NCBI GenBank assembly: GCA_049724395.1
Contig: JAUGWO010000045.1
Coordinates: forward strand, 124,001 to 188,000
Length of the DNA stretch: 64,000 bases
Direction: 5' to 3'
DNA from: Spongospora subterranea f. sp. subterranea
Lineage: Eukaryota
In this document: one piece after another, positions 39,389-53,040 of the stretch
Position numbering within the stretch: position 1 is the stretch's first letter
Layout of the letters: every line of letters starts with the position of its first letter
Position numbers and translations under genes: made by a program
Notes under the pieces: generated by a model
Database searches by the model: none
Told to the model about the DNA's origin: nothing
The model's input: only the letters and a program-made list of their open reading frames with translations

Positions 39389-40934
39389 ATGATCTCCAGG
39401 AGGTGCCGCATTGCCACCGTTCTGACCAGGCGATACAAGTCGGTCCAGGCGGCCCAGACCCAGACCCAATGGCGCTCCAACTCGCCTGCGTCGCTGTTCG
39501 CGTCGTACCCACCAACGCAGATCAGCGTGACGAAGAATGGGGTCAGAGTCGCCACCGAAACACTCCCTGGTAAAACCGCAACTGTCCAAATTTGGATCAA
39601 CGCTGGTTCGCGGTACGAAACAGAAGAAACCAATGGAGTGGCACATTTTTTGGAGCACTTAAAGTTCAAGGGGACCGCCAAACGTACCAGAGTCGCATTA
39701 GAAACTGAAGTTGAAGATATTGGTGCGCATCTCAACGCCTATACATCTCGTGAGCACACAGTCTATTTCGCATCTGTTTTTAAAGATGATGTTCCACAAG
39801 CTATGGATATACTGTCTGATATTCTTCAGGTTTTCAAATAAGCTTGCGTCTGTCTTATTTCACACTAAACATGACATAGAATTCGGTGTTGGACCCAGGC
39901 GCTATTGAAAGAGAGCGTGACGTTATTCTTAGAGAATTGAAGGAGGTATGTGCATTCTTCATTGTGCTTTTCATGCCGTTTATTCGTTATGAAGGTCGAA
40001 TCAATTACCTGAGGAAGTTGTCATCGATCGGCTTCACGAAGCCGCATTCCGTGATCAGCCTCTCGGTAGAACGATTTTAGGTCCGGTGAAAAACATTTCC
40101 AAAACGATCAACCGCGACATGCTCCGTGCTTATATTTCCAAACATTACACGGCAGACCGTATTTTAGTCGTTGGTGCAGGGGCAATCGATCATCAACAGT
40201 TGGTCGCGCTAACTGAGAAACACTTTGCCAATTTGCCTCAGGCGCCCTCAGAGCCCGTTGTTCTTGCGCCTGCACTATTCACAGGGTCCGACACTCGTGA
40301 ACGTCAAGATGACATGAATAAGGCATATTTTGCCATTGGGTATCCTACAGCTGGATTTAACTCTCCCGACTCCATTCCTTTGCTGTATTTGCAAACTCTG
40401 TTAGGCAAGTGGGACCGCAACTCCACTTCTCAAGCTGTCCCTTCAACCGTCGCTAGATTTTCCCATTCTGGAATGATCTCTAGCGTAACCAAAGCTGAAT
40501 GTGTTGATAAGATCACTCCTTTCAATTCCCAGTATACTGATACTGGTTTGTTCGGTGTTTATGTCGAATCTCGTCCTCATTTCATGAATGAAGCTGTTTA
40601 CCAAATTATGGAAGAGATTACGCGATTATCATACGAACTTGATGACGATCAAGTCTCCATCGCTCGGCATATGCTCAAGGCAGCCTGCTTAACTTCATTG
40701 GATGGAACGACAACTCTAGCTGACGAAATAGGTCGCCAGGTGCTTTGCCATGGTCGACGTATCCATCCTTCTGAAATTGTTGCCCGAATCGATGATTGCG
40801 ATACAGCTGCTATCCGAAACTGTGCAGTCAAATATTTACAAGATACTGACGTGGCCGTCAGCGCTTTTGGTGCCATTCATGAGATGCCTGATTATAACTA
40901 TATTCGGCGTCGAACTTATTGGAACCGTTATTAA
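39389..40934 (+). CDS. PMPCB: Mitochondrial processing peptidase beta subunit
   Basis: Presequence, GSRYE, inverted Zn motif HFLEH, LNAYTSREHT, LDGTT..ADEIGRQ and C-terminal DYNYIRRRTYWNRY. Confidence 0.95.
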
Positions 40935-41410
40935 TCGGGTTAGTGTTGAGAATTATCATGAATACAGTTATGAATTAAAATTTCCGGAAGCATTGGGTTT
41001 ATTCAGGAGTACTGTATTAATCATCTCGTGCCTGCTTCCTATACTATGCGCTCGCGTTGCTATTCATACCGATTTCGGAATTTTTATTTGAGCATCTAAC
41101 GACAGAGAGACAACATTGACCTAAGTAGCGAAGACATTTAATCATCTGTCACATCGCTGACCTCCTTATATCGCTGTACAATTCGTACTTAGACAAATAT
41201 CAAAAAATATTTTTCTTCTCTTCCCGTTGTCGTCTCAGACATGCGTGCCGATATCTCCCGCACGAAAAGTACATCTTTAGTTGAGCAAGTTTCTCAAAAT
41301 AATTTTCCAAGAATTGCAATTAAGGGAGAAGGAGCAATATATTAAACAAGTGTATTTCTTGTGAATTTATGGAGAAAGAACAAGTGGTCACCGTGGATTG
41401 ACAACTAATA

Positions 41411-42549
41411 TTACCAAACTATTTGAGCAATCAGCAACATCGGCACAATCTACCAAGAAATTATTTAAATACCTGAGGTTGTCTCCTGAATGAACACTGG
41501 TCCATTCTTGATCGCAACGAAGCAAAATGGCTTCCGCAGCGTTTTCCGCCTGCAAAAAGAGAATGAGTTGAATTATTGCTATTCACGAATCTGAAAGGCG
41601 AAAGTTGCAACCAACCCCTTCCGACAGATGATCTTTCAATAACTGAGCAATATCTTTCTCCGTCAACCATATCCCAAATTCCGTCGCTGGCACAGATTAT
41701 GCAGCTCTGAAATAGCATATGAAAACCGGAAAATGAAGCGATAGAATTATGCAAACCGAGCGAGTTTTACTAAGCTCTCGTCGCATTATATCCGGGATAG
41801 ATGAAACGCCATGCTTTCCAAGGATACGATGCCCTAGCGCTCGGCTCATATTCAGAGTCAGTCTCTCCTTGATTGCAACATCAACCGACATAACGCGTCC
41901 AGGATATATCCTAATCCCGTTGTTTTCCACAGTAAATGCTCCTTCTTGGCCCAATCGGTTCGCTTCAATCTCATTACACACTGGATTGTGGTCGTCCGAT
42001 GACCACTGCCACGCCCATGCATGAGTACGGCCATTCTGCTCAAACACGGCGATTCTCGAGTCGCCAACCCAGGCGTATTCCATTTCCAATCCCGAGATTC
42101 GAACAATGGCAGCGGTCGTGCCGTAATCGTATGCCCAAGACGAATCTCGGCGGTGCTCATTTTCGGCGATGTTGAGAAGAAGGTTATTCATGGACTGAAT
42201 TGACGAGGCTAAATGGCAAACCGCTAGCAATGAACGGTGTTGCCAGTGTTGCACATATTGTGGATGCATTTTCACCCAAAGCTCCATGCCCATCAAAAAC
42301 ACCGAAAACATAATTGTCGTTGACGTGATCGAGAAAAATCCTATCCTATCGAATACTTTGAATTGACAAGTTCAACAAGGCATAGAATATTCACCCATTA
42401 ACCTGGTTAATCGTTCTGAACCGTCCACAACATGATATACCTGCTGCTTTACCAATAGACACGCGATATATATCGGAAGATCCCATTCGCAACGCGAGGC
42501 GATCTTCCTCGACATGTGGTTGAGCGTCATCGGCGTCGTGGGGAATCAT
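41411..42549 (-). CDS. PP2C/PPM-family protein phosphatase
   Basis: Motifs NQD, FGVFDGHG, GTTA, WVGDSR, DHNP, LNMSRALG, ASDGIWD and DN. The 3' end is approximate. Confidence 0.88.
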
Positions 42550-42963
42550 GTTGGGGTCGATCGAGACGTGATCCCATCCCTACGAACGTCATATCAAACT
42601 GGATCAATTATCGTGAGGTGACTGGCGGGAATACATATTGGGGCCGCTCCATAACTGAGTAATTCCCACTCTCGTAACAAACTAACACTATAGGATCATC
42701 TGTTACACTTCATACCCTGTCGCTGATGAAACACCAAGGATCATGCACATGTGGAAACGAGGCACGCACATTTATCGACTCCGCCAGTTCAATTTGAGTA
42801 TTTATTTTTTTTGATTGTTTTTGTTACGGCGCTGCAATACGTGCCGGAAGTTTCGCCAGCAAAAGCGCTTTTTAGAGTATGGGGTTGGTTATGATTGGTG
42901 AGAAGCGCGATCGATGCGATGTACTCGTGGTCAGATCGAATAGGCAGCGGTGAGGGGTAATAG

Positions 42964-44147
42964 ATGTCGGTGAATGCGGAAATAGAAGATGATGAAGTTA
43001 AGCTTGAGCATGCGTTGCAGCAAGTGATGGAGCAAACCGACACGTTGGTGAAAGAAAACGAAATGTTTGCTGCGTATTTGCTTCGCCAGAATGCCAAAAT
43101 GGGCATCACGACAGATGAAGAGTTAGGAGATGTTGTGTCTATCCGGCCACTAACACAGGCTCAAAAGCTTGAAATCATTTTACTGGAGGAACAAGCGATC
43201 GCAGCCGATATCGATGATATTACAGAACGCGCTCAAAAAGATATCAATTCATTAAAGGAGGTCATTGAGGAAAGTACAATCCGGTGCAATGAAATCAGAA
43301 AAGACGCATATGAACTGCGAAGAGATCTACTAATCAATGTCGACGATCCGAAGGTATGTCATACCGCCTAATCTGGTGGCCCACGAAATACCTTATTCGA
43401 GATAAATTTGCAGAGTGAAATTTCTGCCGATAAGATCATCAAATACTTTCAGGAGAAAATCAATGCCAAACAGGAACAGTGTGACAAGCTTCAAGCAAAG
43501 AACAATTCGTTGAAGTTGCAAATTCAAAAATGCGACTTACAGATCAAACAAAAATCTGAACAGGGAGAAAATTTACATCAAATTGATTTTCAGCAATTAC
43601 AGATTGAAAACTCCCAGTATAACGCAAAAATACAGCAGCGCAATAAGCAACTTTTGAAACTCAAGATGACAACGGGAAAAACGGTGCAGGTAGACGAGCA
43701 TTACCAGCAAAAATTGAAAACTCACATTTGGGATAGGTTTTGAACAATGCGAAACATGACTTATCCAACTTACTCAATGAAAACAGCCGATTAAACCGAG
43801 ACAGCGCAGAGCGGGAGTCGCAGATTAGCAAAATGGTCAACGAACTCAATAGAGTAGTTTCAGATATTGAAAAAGCAAAACGAGTCCACAAAAAATCTGA
43901 AGGCAAACTGAACAATACGGAAATGCCACACATATTTGATTACGTCCAGCAAATGAGTGAAATTCAGAAACTTCAAGCGCAAATGAAAACCTGGCAAAGA
44001 AAAACAGAAATCGCCCAAATTGGCGCCAAAACGAAGAAAAAACAGAAATTTCAAAAATCGTTACGCGATCATGCGGATTTAAAGACTAATAACAAGTTAA
44101 AGGCCGACGAAGCCGAAAGGAACGCACAATATGCATCTACTTTTTGA
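42964..44147 (+). CDS. CCDC113: Cilia/flagella coiled-coil protein CCDC113/CFAP263 (DUF4201)
   Basis: Motif GENLHQIDFQQLQIENSQY..KIQQRNKQLLKLK..GKTVQVLN, plus PHIFDYV and WQRKTEIA. Confidence 0.85.
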
Positions 44148-44219
44148 GTTCGCTGCAGTCATGGGGCTCATATTTCAGACAATAGGGCAATTCATATAGG
44201 ATTTCGAAAAATAAATCGA

Positions 44220-46491
44220 TCAATCAATTGGATCGCGTAATTGCAGTTCGCAGTCGTAAAGCCCCGCAATTTCAGTTGGAGTCTTGTTCGCCAAATCGGA
44301 TAAATTTTCAACCAAAGAACTTGGATCATGGACAGCCAGCGCCCCCAATACTTGAAATTTGTTTTTCAAAATAGCAGTCAAGTCAGCATCAGTATTCCGG
44401 GCGTGACCGGCGGGATACATGACCAGACCGCTATCATGAAGGTCGTCTAAGTCATCGGTTATGATGACAGAAGTCGGAATCCCATCTGGATATTTGGCAT
44501 CATATGTCTGAATAAAAAGAAGAACTTTGAAATGAGACACTGACACAAAGACTAGTCAGTTACCGGTCCACCATGCTCAAACTCGATTTTGTCCATGAGG
44601 GCACGTGTTTCACTGCAAACCAACGCATCTTTGTTAAAATCAGATGGAGTAAGAATTAGTTTTTGCCAAAGTGTATCGGTTCCATCACGGGATGCTTCAG
44701 CAATTCCCTCCGGCCCTATTGACGTTCAAAAATTTCGTAGAGAAAGTGAGACATCCGTTTGAACCTAATTGCAACGCTTTCATAATCAGCCTTGAGACTA
44801 TGAAGACCATTGAATGATCTGCGGATTGCCGGGTCGTCGGTTTGCGTTTCGCAGGATCTCCAATAATGCCGAACGCAGGTTCGTAAGCCACAATCTATCA
44901 TGCCTTTAGACAAAAAAATGGAAACATAGTTGGAAAACCTTAATTGAGCGAATACAGTCTGCTGATTTAGCAAGATGCGGCGACGCTTGGAACAGATTGA
45001 TGATTCCTAGTGTGAAAATCCAGTTACCGTGTGCAGCAAAACTACGAGCGAGATTAACCTTGAAGAGCACCCGCCGATTGGTGTTCATAAAGTCCAAGTT
45101 TAAAATGCATACCCATTACAGCAAAATCTTTTCCGCTGTGGCTTAGCACAATGTCGAAAGGTGAATCATGATTGCCTGATAGCACATGGCCTGAATATAT
45201 ATACAGTAATAAACGGTAATGATGGAATACCTTTTGGTCTAGGCTCAAAAAATCGAAAAATTGCTTCGGGATTCCGAAATATGTCAGCTGGGCCAACAAA
45301 ACCACGCATAGAGCGATGCATTGACATAATGGCGACCTCTGATAAATAACATCAAAACAAAGGCCAACGCAATCCGCAAAGATTACCGGTGCTTAGTGCT
45401 GCGCTCGATCCTTTGGAATCGCTCAGTTGATGGCCGGCGCGAATCGCTCGGAAGGGAATGTAATGAGCAACAACCATGCCTATCGCAGATTCGATCTACA
45501 TGAAGAAACTGAAATAGATGCATTAAAAACCAAATAAAAACGATACCTGCTTTTCAGTTGCATTGAGCAATGCCCCATAAGTCGCCGCGGAAGCAATGGC
45601 GCCATGCACAACGTCTTCATTGTCAATATGTGTCACAACAGTATCTGAACGCGAACGATATAGCACTTACGGTCAATTTTATAAGTCTTGAGACTAAACA
45701 CCTCAGCAAGGCGCCCACGAATTTCGTCCAATAAGATCATCGCATGTGCTGCGGTCTTTCCGTCAAGGCCCTGTTGATTGAAACTAAATAAATCTGTATA
45801 TGCAAACATGAAACCGGACGCTACCTGAATTTGACAAGCAGCAATAACCACAGGATAAAAGTCTGTGCAGACCACCTTTGAAAATCGTCAAGACCTCAAG
45901 GGCAATTCTTACCGTTATGACCGAATTCTCCCGCGATATGCCCTTTGCCAAACAAAGAATTATACCTAGTTGAAAGAATATAAAAAAGGGTAAACCTCAA
46001 GCATACGACAGATACCCAAACACAGTTCCATTTGAATCCCATTCTCGAACAGCGGCGACATTGGCACAGATAGCCTAACGTCAAATCAGCATCGAAACCA
46101 AAACAAACAAAAAGGGACCTTCTCTGGAGCAACTAAATTGTTGGAACCAAAAACTTTGGCCCCGCCAGAAGGCCATGAATACTGTAAAGCTTCTTCTCTC
46201 AATACAGTCGGAGCATTAGTCCTCAAAGCTAGCGCAGAAAGTCCACATATCACAGAATCCGTGTGGAATTGCTCTACCTTCGCAATCACGGAAGGATCAG
46301 GTCCTTTTCCTAGAGCTCCCTTCAAGAAATCGATAGCAAACCGTGCGATTCCTAGGGCCTGTGGAAGCAATCAATGCTTCTGACAATGAATCGGAGTTAT
46401 CTTTGGCAACGCCTACTTGGTTTGTATTTCGCCCAAGAACGACAGCGTTTCTACCGGCGCGGGTGATTTTATCAGCAACCGTCAAGCTCAT
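44220..46491 (-). CDS. prpD: 2-methylcitrate dehydratase (MmgE/PrpD family), multi-exon
   Basis: Motifs GEFGHNDFYPVVIAA, KIDHVVHGAI, HFKLGLYEHQSAG, PTTRQSADHS and YPAGHARN. Confidence 0.88.
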
Positions 46492-46915
46492 TGTGTTGTA
46501 GATAGTTAAATGAGGATATGTGAAGTGTACTGTTATATTGGGGAGAGATTAGGGGTCGAGGCACTGTATGATGTTACCTCCTAATGCGGCTGCAGCAGGT
46601 GCGTCCCATTAGTCACTGACTGGGTGCAATGGGTACAGTTACGGGTTACGGTACTGTATTCCGGCAATTGTTCCCCCTCCGTGCCCATCAGACCTGACAA
46701 ACATAGTTTTTTTTTCCTGTAAACTGTACTGTAGAATCGCCTGGTTTCAATGAATCGTCGGGTAATTTATTAGAACACGCTCTGATTTACGTCTGAGATC
46801 AGTGAAAAACTTCTTCATTTAAGGTCAAATCACTTTTTACAAAAATCAGATTCGCCCGTTTCTTTGAGTCATGATTGCGTTTTTAAGGAGTCACCGGAAT
46901 TGATGCCGATGAGAG

Positions 46916-48943
46916 TTAATTGTGTATCTGAGGATTCTCAGGATTGTCATTAGGGAGTTCTGAGGAATTGCTGGATAAGACATCAAGAATTTCTGAAGGA
47001 TCGCCGGAAATCTCTGAGGAGTCGCCGGAATTAATATCAAAAATCTCTGAAAAGTCGCTGGGATTATTATCAAGAATCTCTGAGGGATCGCCGGGAATCT
47101 CTGAGGAGTCGCCGGAAATTTCTGAAAAGTCGCCGGAATTGATATCAAGAATCTCTGAAAAGTCTCCGGAAATCTCTGAGGAGTCGCCGGAATTATTATC
47201 AAGAATATCTGAGGAGTCGCCGGAATTATAAAGAATCTCTGAGGAGTCTCCGGAATTATAAAGAATCTCTGAGGAGTCTCCGGAAATCTCTGAGGAGTTT
47301 TTGGAAATCTCTGAGGAGTCGCCGGAATTATCAAGAATCTCTGAGGAGTCTCCGGAAATCTCTGAGGAGTCGCCGGAATGATATCAAGAATCTCTGAGGA
47401 GTCTCCGGAAATCTCTGAGGAGTCGCCGGAATTATCAAGAATCTCTGAGGAGTCTCCGGAAATTTCTGAGGAGTCGCCGGAATTATCAAGAATCTCTGAG
47501 GAGTCTCCGGAAATCTCTGAGGAGTCGCCGGAATTATTATCAAGAATCTCTGAGGGATCGCCGGAATTAATATCAAGAATATCTGAGGAGTCTCCTGGAA
47601 ATCTCTGAGGAGTCGCCGGAATTAATATCAAGTATCTCTGAGGGATCGCCGGATATCAAAATCTCTGAGGAGTCGCCGGAATTAATATCAAGAATTTTTG
47701 AGGGATCGCCGGAATTGATATCAAGAATCTCTGAGGAGTCGCCGGAATAAAAATCAGGGAGTTCTGAGGCGTCACCGACTTTGAAATCAACTACTTCTGA
47801 GGTGTCACCGATTATGATATCAGAGCGCTCTGAGGAATCGCCGGAATATACATCAGGGAGTTCTGAAGAATCATCGAATATGAGATCAATTAAACTTGAG
47901 GAGTCACCGGCAGGGGAGTTGGATCGACTATCTAAGGAGCCTTCGGAGCCATCATCGGAACGGTCTAATGAGTCGCCGTAATTACCATGAGGGAGGTCTG
48001 GCTGAATAACTCCAGTGTGTGTTGCCTTCGTATTGGACGATCGTGTACGGTTAACACCAGGGGACGTTGATCGCGCCACTCGACTGTTCAGGGAACTGGG
48101 ATACACGTTTTGATATGGTCCAGCGTTCCTGCACCGATATTGACATCACAACGGCTGTGAAACAGAGCGCGCCATGCTTACTGATTGCCAAAGGTCGCCC
48201 GCTTTCCTCGAGCCAGAGCTGGGCCAGTAAAGAAGAAGGCCGAGCCCACTTCATACGGGTCCCGATATTCGCCACGAAATGAACTGGACGGCAGATGCCC
48301 AGGAATCGCGACCGTCTGTTCAGGTATCCGGCCCGGATCGGATCCGCGTATGACGACGTCGACGCATTGGCTGTAGAACTCGACGGTGGGACGATTGTGG
48401 AGGGCGTACCATTCCCATCGCAGGACGCAATGATTGCACTACAACCAACGGTCAGGCGGATGTTGACGGTCGATCGCGGAAGGCGGCTAACGCTAGGGAG
48501 TTCGGAAGGGATCGCGATCTGGATCGGTGTCAGATTCAGTAAATTGCAGTTGGCGATTTCTGCGAACTTGAACCACCTCATCTGCGATGGACTTGCTGGG
48601 GAACTGTAGCTCAAATAGAAGAAACAGTCTCCGGGGTGCAACGCTGAAAACAGGGTTGATCAGACGGCGTAGAAACAAGTGGGAGATTCCTCGACCAACC
48701 ACTTAGTTCCCATTCGGTTTCCAGTGCTGTTCCAGCAGTCAACACGACCTGGGGCGTTTGCGGTGGGATATTTCTGCAAATGAACGAGGCATCGTTGGCC
48801 ACGGGAGCGCGCGACACGTATTCCGGCAGAGGCAGCCGCTGATCCCGAGTGATCGGGCGGGTTAGACGACCGTGACCGTGACCATGATGGAACAGGACAA
48901 CGCCGACCAAAACCAGCAACTTTATGCCCTCAACAGAATTCAT
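46916..48943 (-). CDS. Secreted His-brace lytic polysaccharide monooxygenase-like protein with an acidic repeat tail (4 exons; two compensating indels in the tail)
   Basis: Signal peptide, then HGRLTRP; second His in LHPGDCFFYLSY; WFK; CNHCVLRWEWYALH; EFYSQCVDV; GPAL. An intron at about 48129-48180 splices in frame into the GDSSEI repeat ORF. Confidence 0.8.
46960..47880 (-). repeat. Coding minisatellite of 21/30/33-bp units (TCCGGCGACTCCTCAGAGATT[CTTGAT(ATT)AAT]) encoding SGDSSEI(LD(I)N)
   Basis: Roughly 30 units are visible, and they degenerate towards both ends. Confidence 0.95.
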
Positions 48944-49172
48944 CGGTTGAAATGAGTAAGGGGAGCCTACAAAAAAAGAATGCTGCCAACCCCAATTTTC
49001 GTCGGGTACTGGACTGTTCTCGAATCAATTGCCTGGGCAAGCACGACGGCTATGGCGGATGAAAAGTTCGAACGTTCTGGAATGAACGGGGCCGCTTCAT
49101 TGGAAGGATAAGTTTATTGATACAGTAGGAATACATAAATATAGACTGTGGAGCGCACAGAACTTGTTCGGG

Positions 49173-51772
49173 TCAAACGAGGTCGTCACCTTGAACATTC
49201 TGGTAATTCGGTACAGGTTCCGGATCAGCAGACGGTTCGCGAACAGTGGCGTTCTCGTTCGCGGCAGGATGGGCTGGAACCTCAGCTGGTGGGTGTGGCG
49301 GTGTTGACTCCTCAGCGACGCTGATTGGGACCAGGAAAAGTTCGATCCTGTCACGCGCCCATGGGATCGTCGACGAACTGGCAAACACCGGTCATTGAAG
49401 ACCGAACCTCTCAAGGAAAAATGCCAATACCTAAACACAACCTCCCACGAATATGACAAGAAAAAGCTCCTCGATTCCCCTGAATCCTCATAGCTAAATT
49501 TTTGGATCGAAGGAATTTCTAGTGACGGGGAAAACTGAAGAACATCTGTCAATGAACCCGTACATGTTATTTTGCCACCTGCGAACCTGATAGATCCGCG
49601 CTTCGTGTCGAAGAACATTTTGCACCGTCCCAACACTGCAATCATCGGGTAAACTTCGTAGACTGAGTCTATCGATAAAGTCGTGCACCTGAACATAGAT
49701 TGGGTTGAAGCCGAAAGGCGCACGAACAGGTGAAAGGACGTACTAGAATCCATAGAAGCTGGGCGACCGCGCCCAGTTCAGCATCGTGGTGAAACGGCTC
49801 CAGCACTCTCTGGTCGTGCATTAGACAGTATAACAATGGCATGTTATCAGCGAGATTTCCAGAACATAAACACGCGCAGATTGTTTCCAGCAGCAGCCGG
49901 ATAAACTCCCCTGCACAGGCATTACATTCGGGGCGCCAAGCTGCGAACGCTGAAGAACATACCAAAGGTGGCCATTCCTTCAACGGAGGCATCGTCATCA
50001 CAGAATGATCCACGCCGACGAACATCAGAGCGTTCCTGAACGGCTGGTTAGAGAGACACAGTGCAAAAAATGCTTGTACCAATTGAGAAGGCGGATTGTT
50101 GATCTTGTCGGCTATGCGTGTATACCTGCGTGAAAGCGCTGCAAGCAGACTAACCAGACGTTTTGCGGTATGCTCGTGGATGAACGTCGTGTGCGGCGCC
50201 AAATTGCACAATGCGGCCAGGCAGTTGCTGTGCAGATACGTGTCCCGAAGCGTTGCCTGGTTCCTTTGCATTATCCTCAAGAGCACCGCCATGATCAAAC
50301 TCCCCAGGGTGATCTCCTGCAGCCGTAATTCGGAGAACCAGGGAACGTGGCTTATCGACAGCCGACGATGGGCGTTGTCGCAGAAGGAATCGTCCTAGCA
50401 GATTCGGTCAAGATTGATTGATGAGAATCCCTAAACGAGGCAGGACCCACATTGGTGAGTATAAGAAGAATCACCAAGATCATGTACATCAAGTTCGAGT
50501 CGAACTTCTCTTCTTTATAGGCCATTTCAAGGAGTGGCATAACGAGGACGTCGACGTCCGACTTTGAATAAACAAACTCGCAGAACGCTGGATTTGTACG
50601 AATCACTGTGAACAGCAGCAATACGGCCCAGTTTTGATGCTGTTTGTTAAAAAGCCCCTGAGCTAATGACTAACACCAAACCACGTATTCACAAACCCAG
50701 GCATACAAAGAGCGCCATCAACAGGTACCTCGAAAAGCTGATCGAACGATATGGTTGGGGATTCTTTAGCAACCGACACATCATCGACATCCTGGATTGT
50801 CCGAAGAGCTTCACGAAATTCATCTTTACCGTCGGGTTGATGGGTCAAGATCAGCAGAAGGAACGCGGCGGCGTCGGAAACGAGATGATCCGCATCCTTC
50901 TTGGAAAACAGCAACCTATAGATTTGGAACGGCCACAGAAACACAGAGATGACCGAATGGCCAAGCACATTGAACCATGAATGGGCCGCCGCATTCGACC
51001 TTGCCGTCGGGGAAAACGCGGTCAACGGCGATCTGAGAACAAATCGCGACAGCATAACTTCGCAGAGCGGCGTGATTTTGTGCGGCAGTTTCTCGAACAG
51101 GATGTCGATGAACAGGTTGGGGCCAGTACAGCCGGCATACATCTGAGTTGAAAATAGCACGAGAAGACTGTACATGATCTCGATATGAAAATCCATCGTT
51201 GCGTCTTCCAGACGGACGTTGATACAAGCGTCGACCAGAACACAGAGAAGACGTTCGGGCAACGGAAGGTGAGAGTGCGAGCTGTCGTGATCCGGTATTA
51301 TCGCGATCGACAGGGCGCGTGTGTCCTCCAGAAATACATCATCCAGCTGCTCCTGCAGTTGCCGCGCTGTTAGGTTCTCGCAAAAATACTGTCAATGTTT
51401 AAATTCGGGAGACGCAGGGCAGAGAGCCACCGACGAACCTTGATGAAGGTTCTCGCGAGAAAAATCAGGTTGGTTGTGACCGGTAATACTGGCGATCCGG
51501 CTACGGTTTCCCCGACCTTCTCGCAAACGATGGCAAGTAGAACATTGAGGTTGCGGGGACTCGATGTTATTCTGCACCATCCGGCCACAAATTATGTCGA
51601 CCACACGGGCGACCTGGTGGTGGTCCAGATGATCCAGCGTGAACCGGATCTCATGCAGCCGCATCCAAAACGCGTTATCGGGCGGCAGACTTCGCCGCCC
51701 CGACAAACGCGATAGCGCCGAGCTATCGCCATCGACCAGCTGCTGCTCGGCCACGGACAGACCACCACCCAT
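49173..51772 (-). CDS. DYM: Dymeclin
   Basis: N-terminal MG (myristoylation-type), FW, YMILVILLILT, RDTYLHSNCLAALCNLAP, and C-terminal FSYED...FF.SYSW. Confidence 0.9.
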
Positions 51773-52070
51773 AAAACGTAATGTTAATGGGAATGATTCC
51801 GATATGGGCTGTGCGTGTTGGGCACTCGACCATAGCGCCATGTGCAACCACCGACGTTTCCATTCACCCCTGCAGTGTTTTCAGCCACAGGTGGACTGTT
51901 GTTGTTGTTTGTGAAACTGGTAAACCCGAAATGTATTATCGATGTGGAATGGCGCCATGCGAATCGTCGCTGTCTCCGGCGGGTGAGCGACCACGCTGAC
52001 GGCGCCAATGCGTTCGTATCGTCTCGTCTACCCCGATCATGGATGGTGTACAATTGAGGGATGATGTGCC

Positions 52071-52750
52071 TTAAATAGTATATTGTGCAGACGATAGAAT
52101 TAATCGGGCAAACGGCGGGGGTAAAACGGGCAGAACCGGCTCAGCGTTATTGAAGGGTGATATGCGCTCGGTGTTGCCCTCCTGTCTTGGTATATCGACA
52201 GGGAAATCCAATGAAGGCTCGTTAGAAGCGGTCACTTCCCCTTCACCGTGTTCCCCATCTTCAGTTTCAATTGGCTGGACGACATCGAGCAAAAAATCGA
52301 ATAAGCTGCTTTGCGAAACGGCGGCAGCAATATCATTCCTGTTGAAAAATGAATAAGCGAGGAGGCCAATAAACCTTCGCGCCACCAACAATTGAAGCGT
52401 TCTGCGTTTGCAATTAAGCGTATGTTCGTAGGCTTGTTGAGTCATGTCCAAAATGAAAAGCTCACATGCTTTAGAGAACAACACGGGTACCTCGCCGCTA
52501 ATCATCTGAATCGAGCGGAACATGCATCAACGGGACGACGGGGGGCAGAGCGTCGAGAAAACGGATCTGCACTCACCGAGACATCTTCATCCGATTTCAT
52601 GATCTTCTTGATCCGAGCAACAGGAAACTGCAGCGCCTTCAGACCGGTGAACTCCATACTAACATAGGGGGCGAATCTGGACGGGGTCGTTGCCTGGTCG
52701 GGTGGCCGGTCTGCGTGAGAGCTACTACTAACCGGGACATTGCTCGACAT
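52071..52750 (-). CDS. Nuclear factor Y subunit C (HAP5)-like histone-fold protein
   Basis: [34 protein letters not shown]...KRRTLQ.NDIA...FDFLLDVV. Confidence 0.9.
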
Positions 52751-53040
52751 CCTGAAACCAGTCAATCAATGAGAATGAATGTCCGCAAACCAAATTGGGT
52801 CATGGGAAAAACCACGCGCAGTGGTAGTGTGGGCAACGGGCCCCGCAGGACTCAGGTGAGCCCACTTGGCAATCCCACGTCCCAGTCGGTCGTGTGTCTG
52901 TACACTGTACAGTGCACCCTCACGATACCACCCGTCGCCGCGCCGCCAACGTGACACACAGGATGATGGCCAGGGAAATGTGGCTATCTGCCCTTTGGCC
53001 ACTCTCCCTGCTGGTGAATCGTGGAGAATGGTCAATCGCG

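Noticed and set aside
46891..47631. ORFs reading PATPQRF... (minus) or SEESPEI... (plus) as separate genes
   Set aside because: These are alternative frames or the antisense of the same minisatellite. The SGDSSEI frame is the one continuous with the flanking unique sequence.
46960..47880. Repeat array as a CRISPR array
   Set aside because: There are no unique spacers, unit lengths are multiples of 3, the array is in frame with an upstream gene, and the context is eukaryotic with no cas genes.
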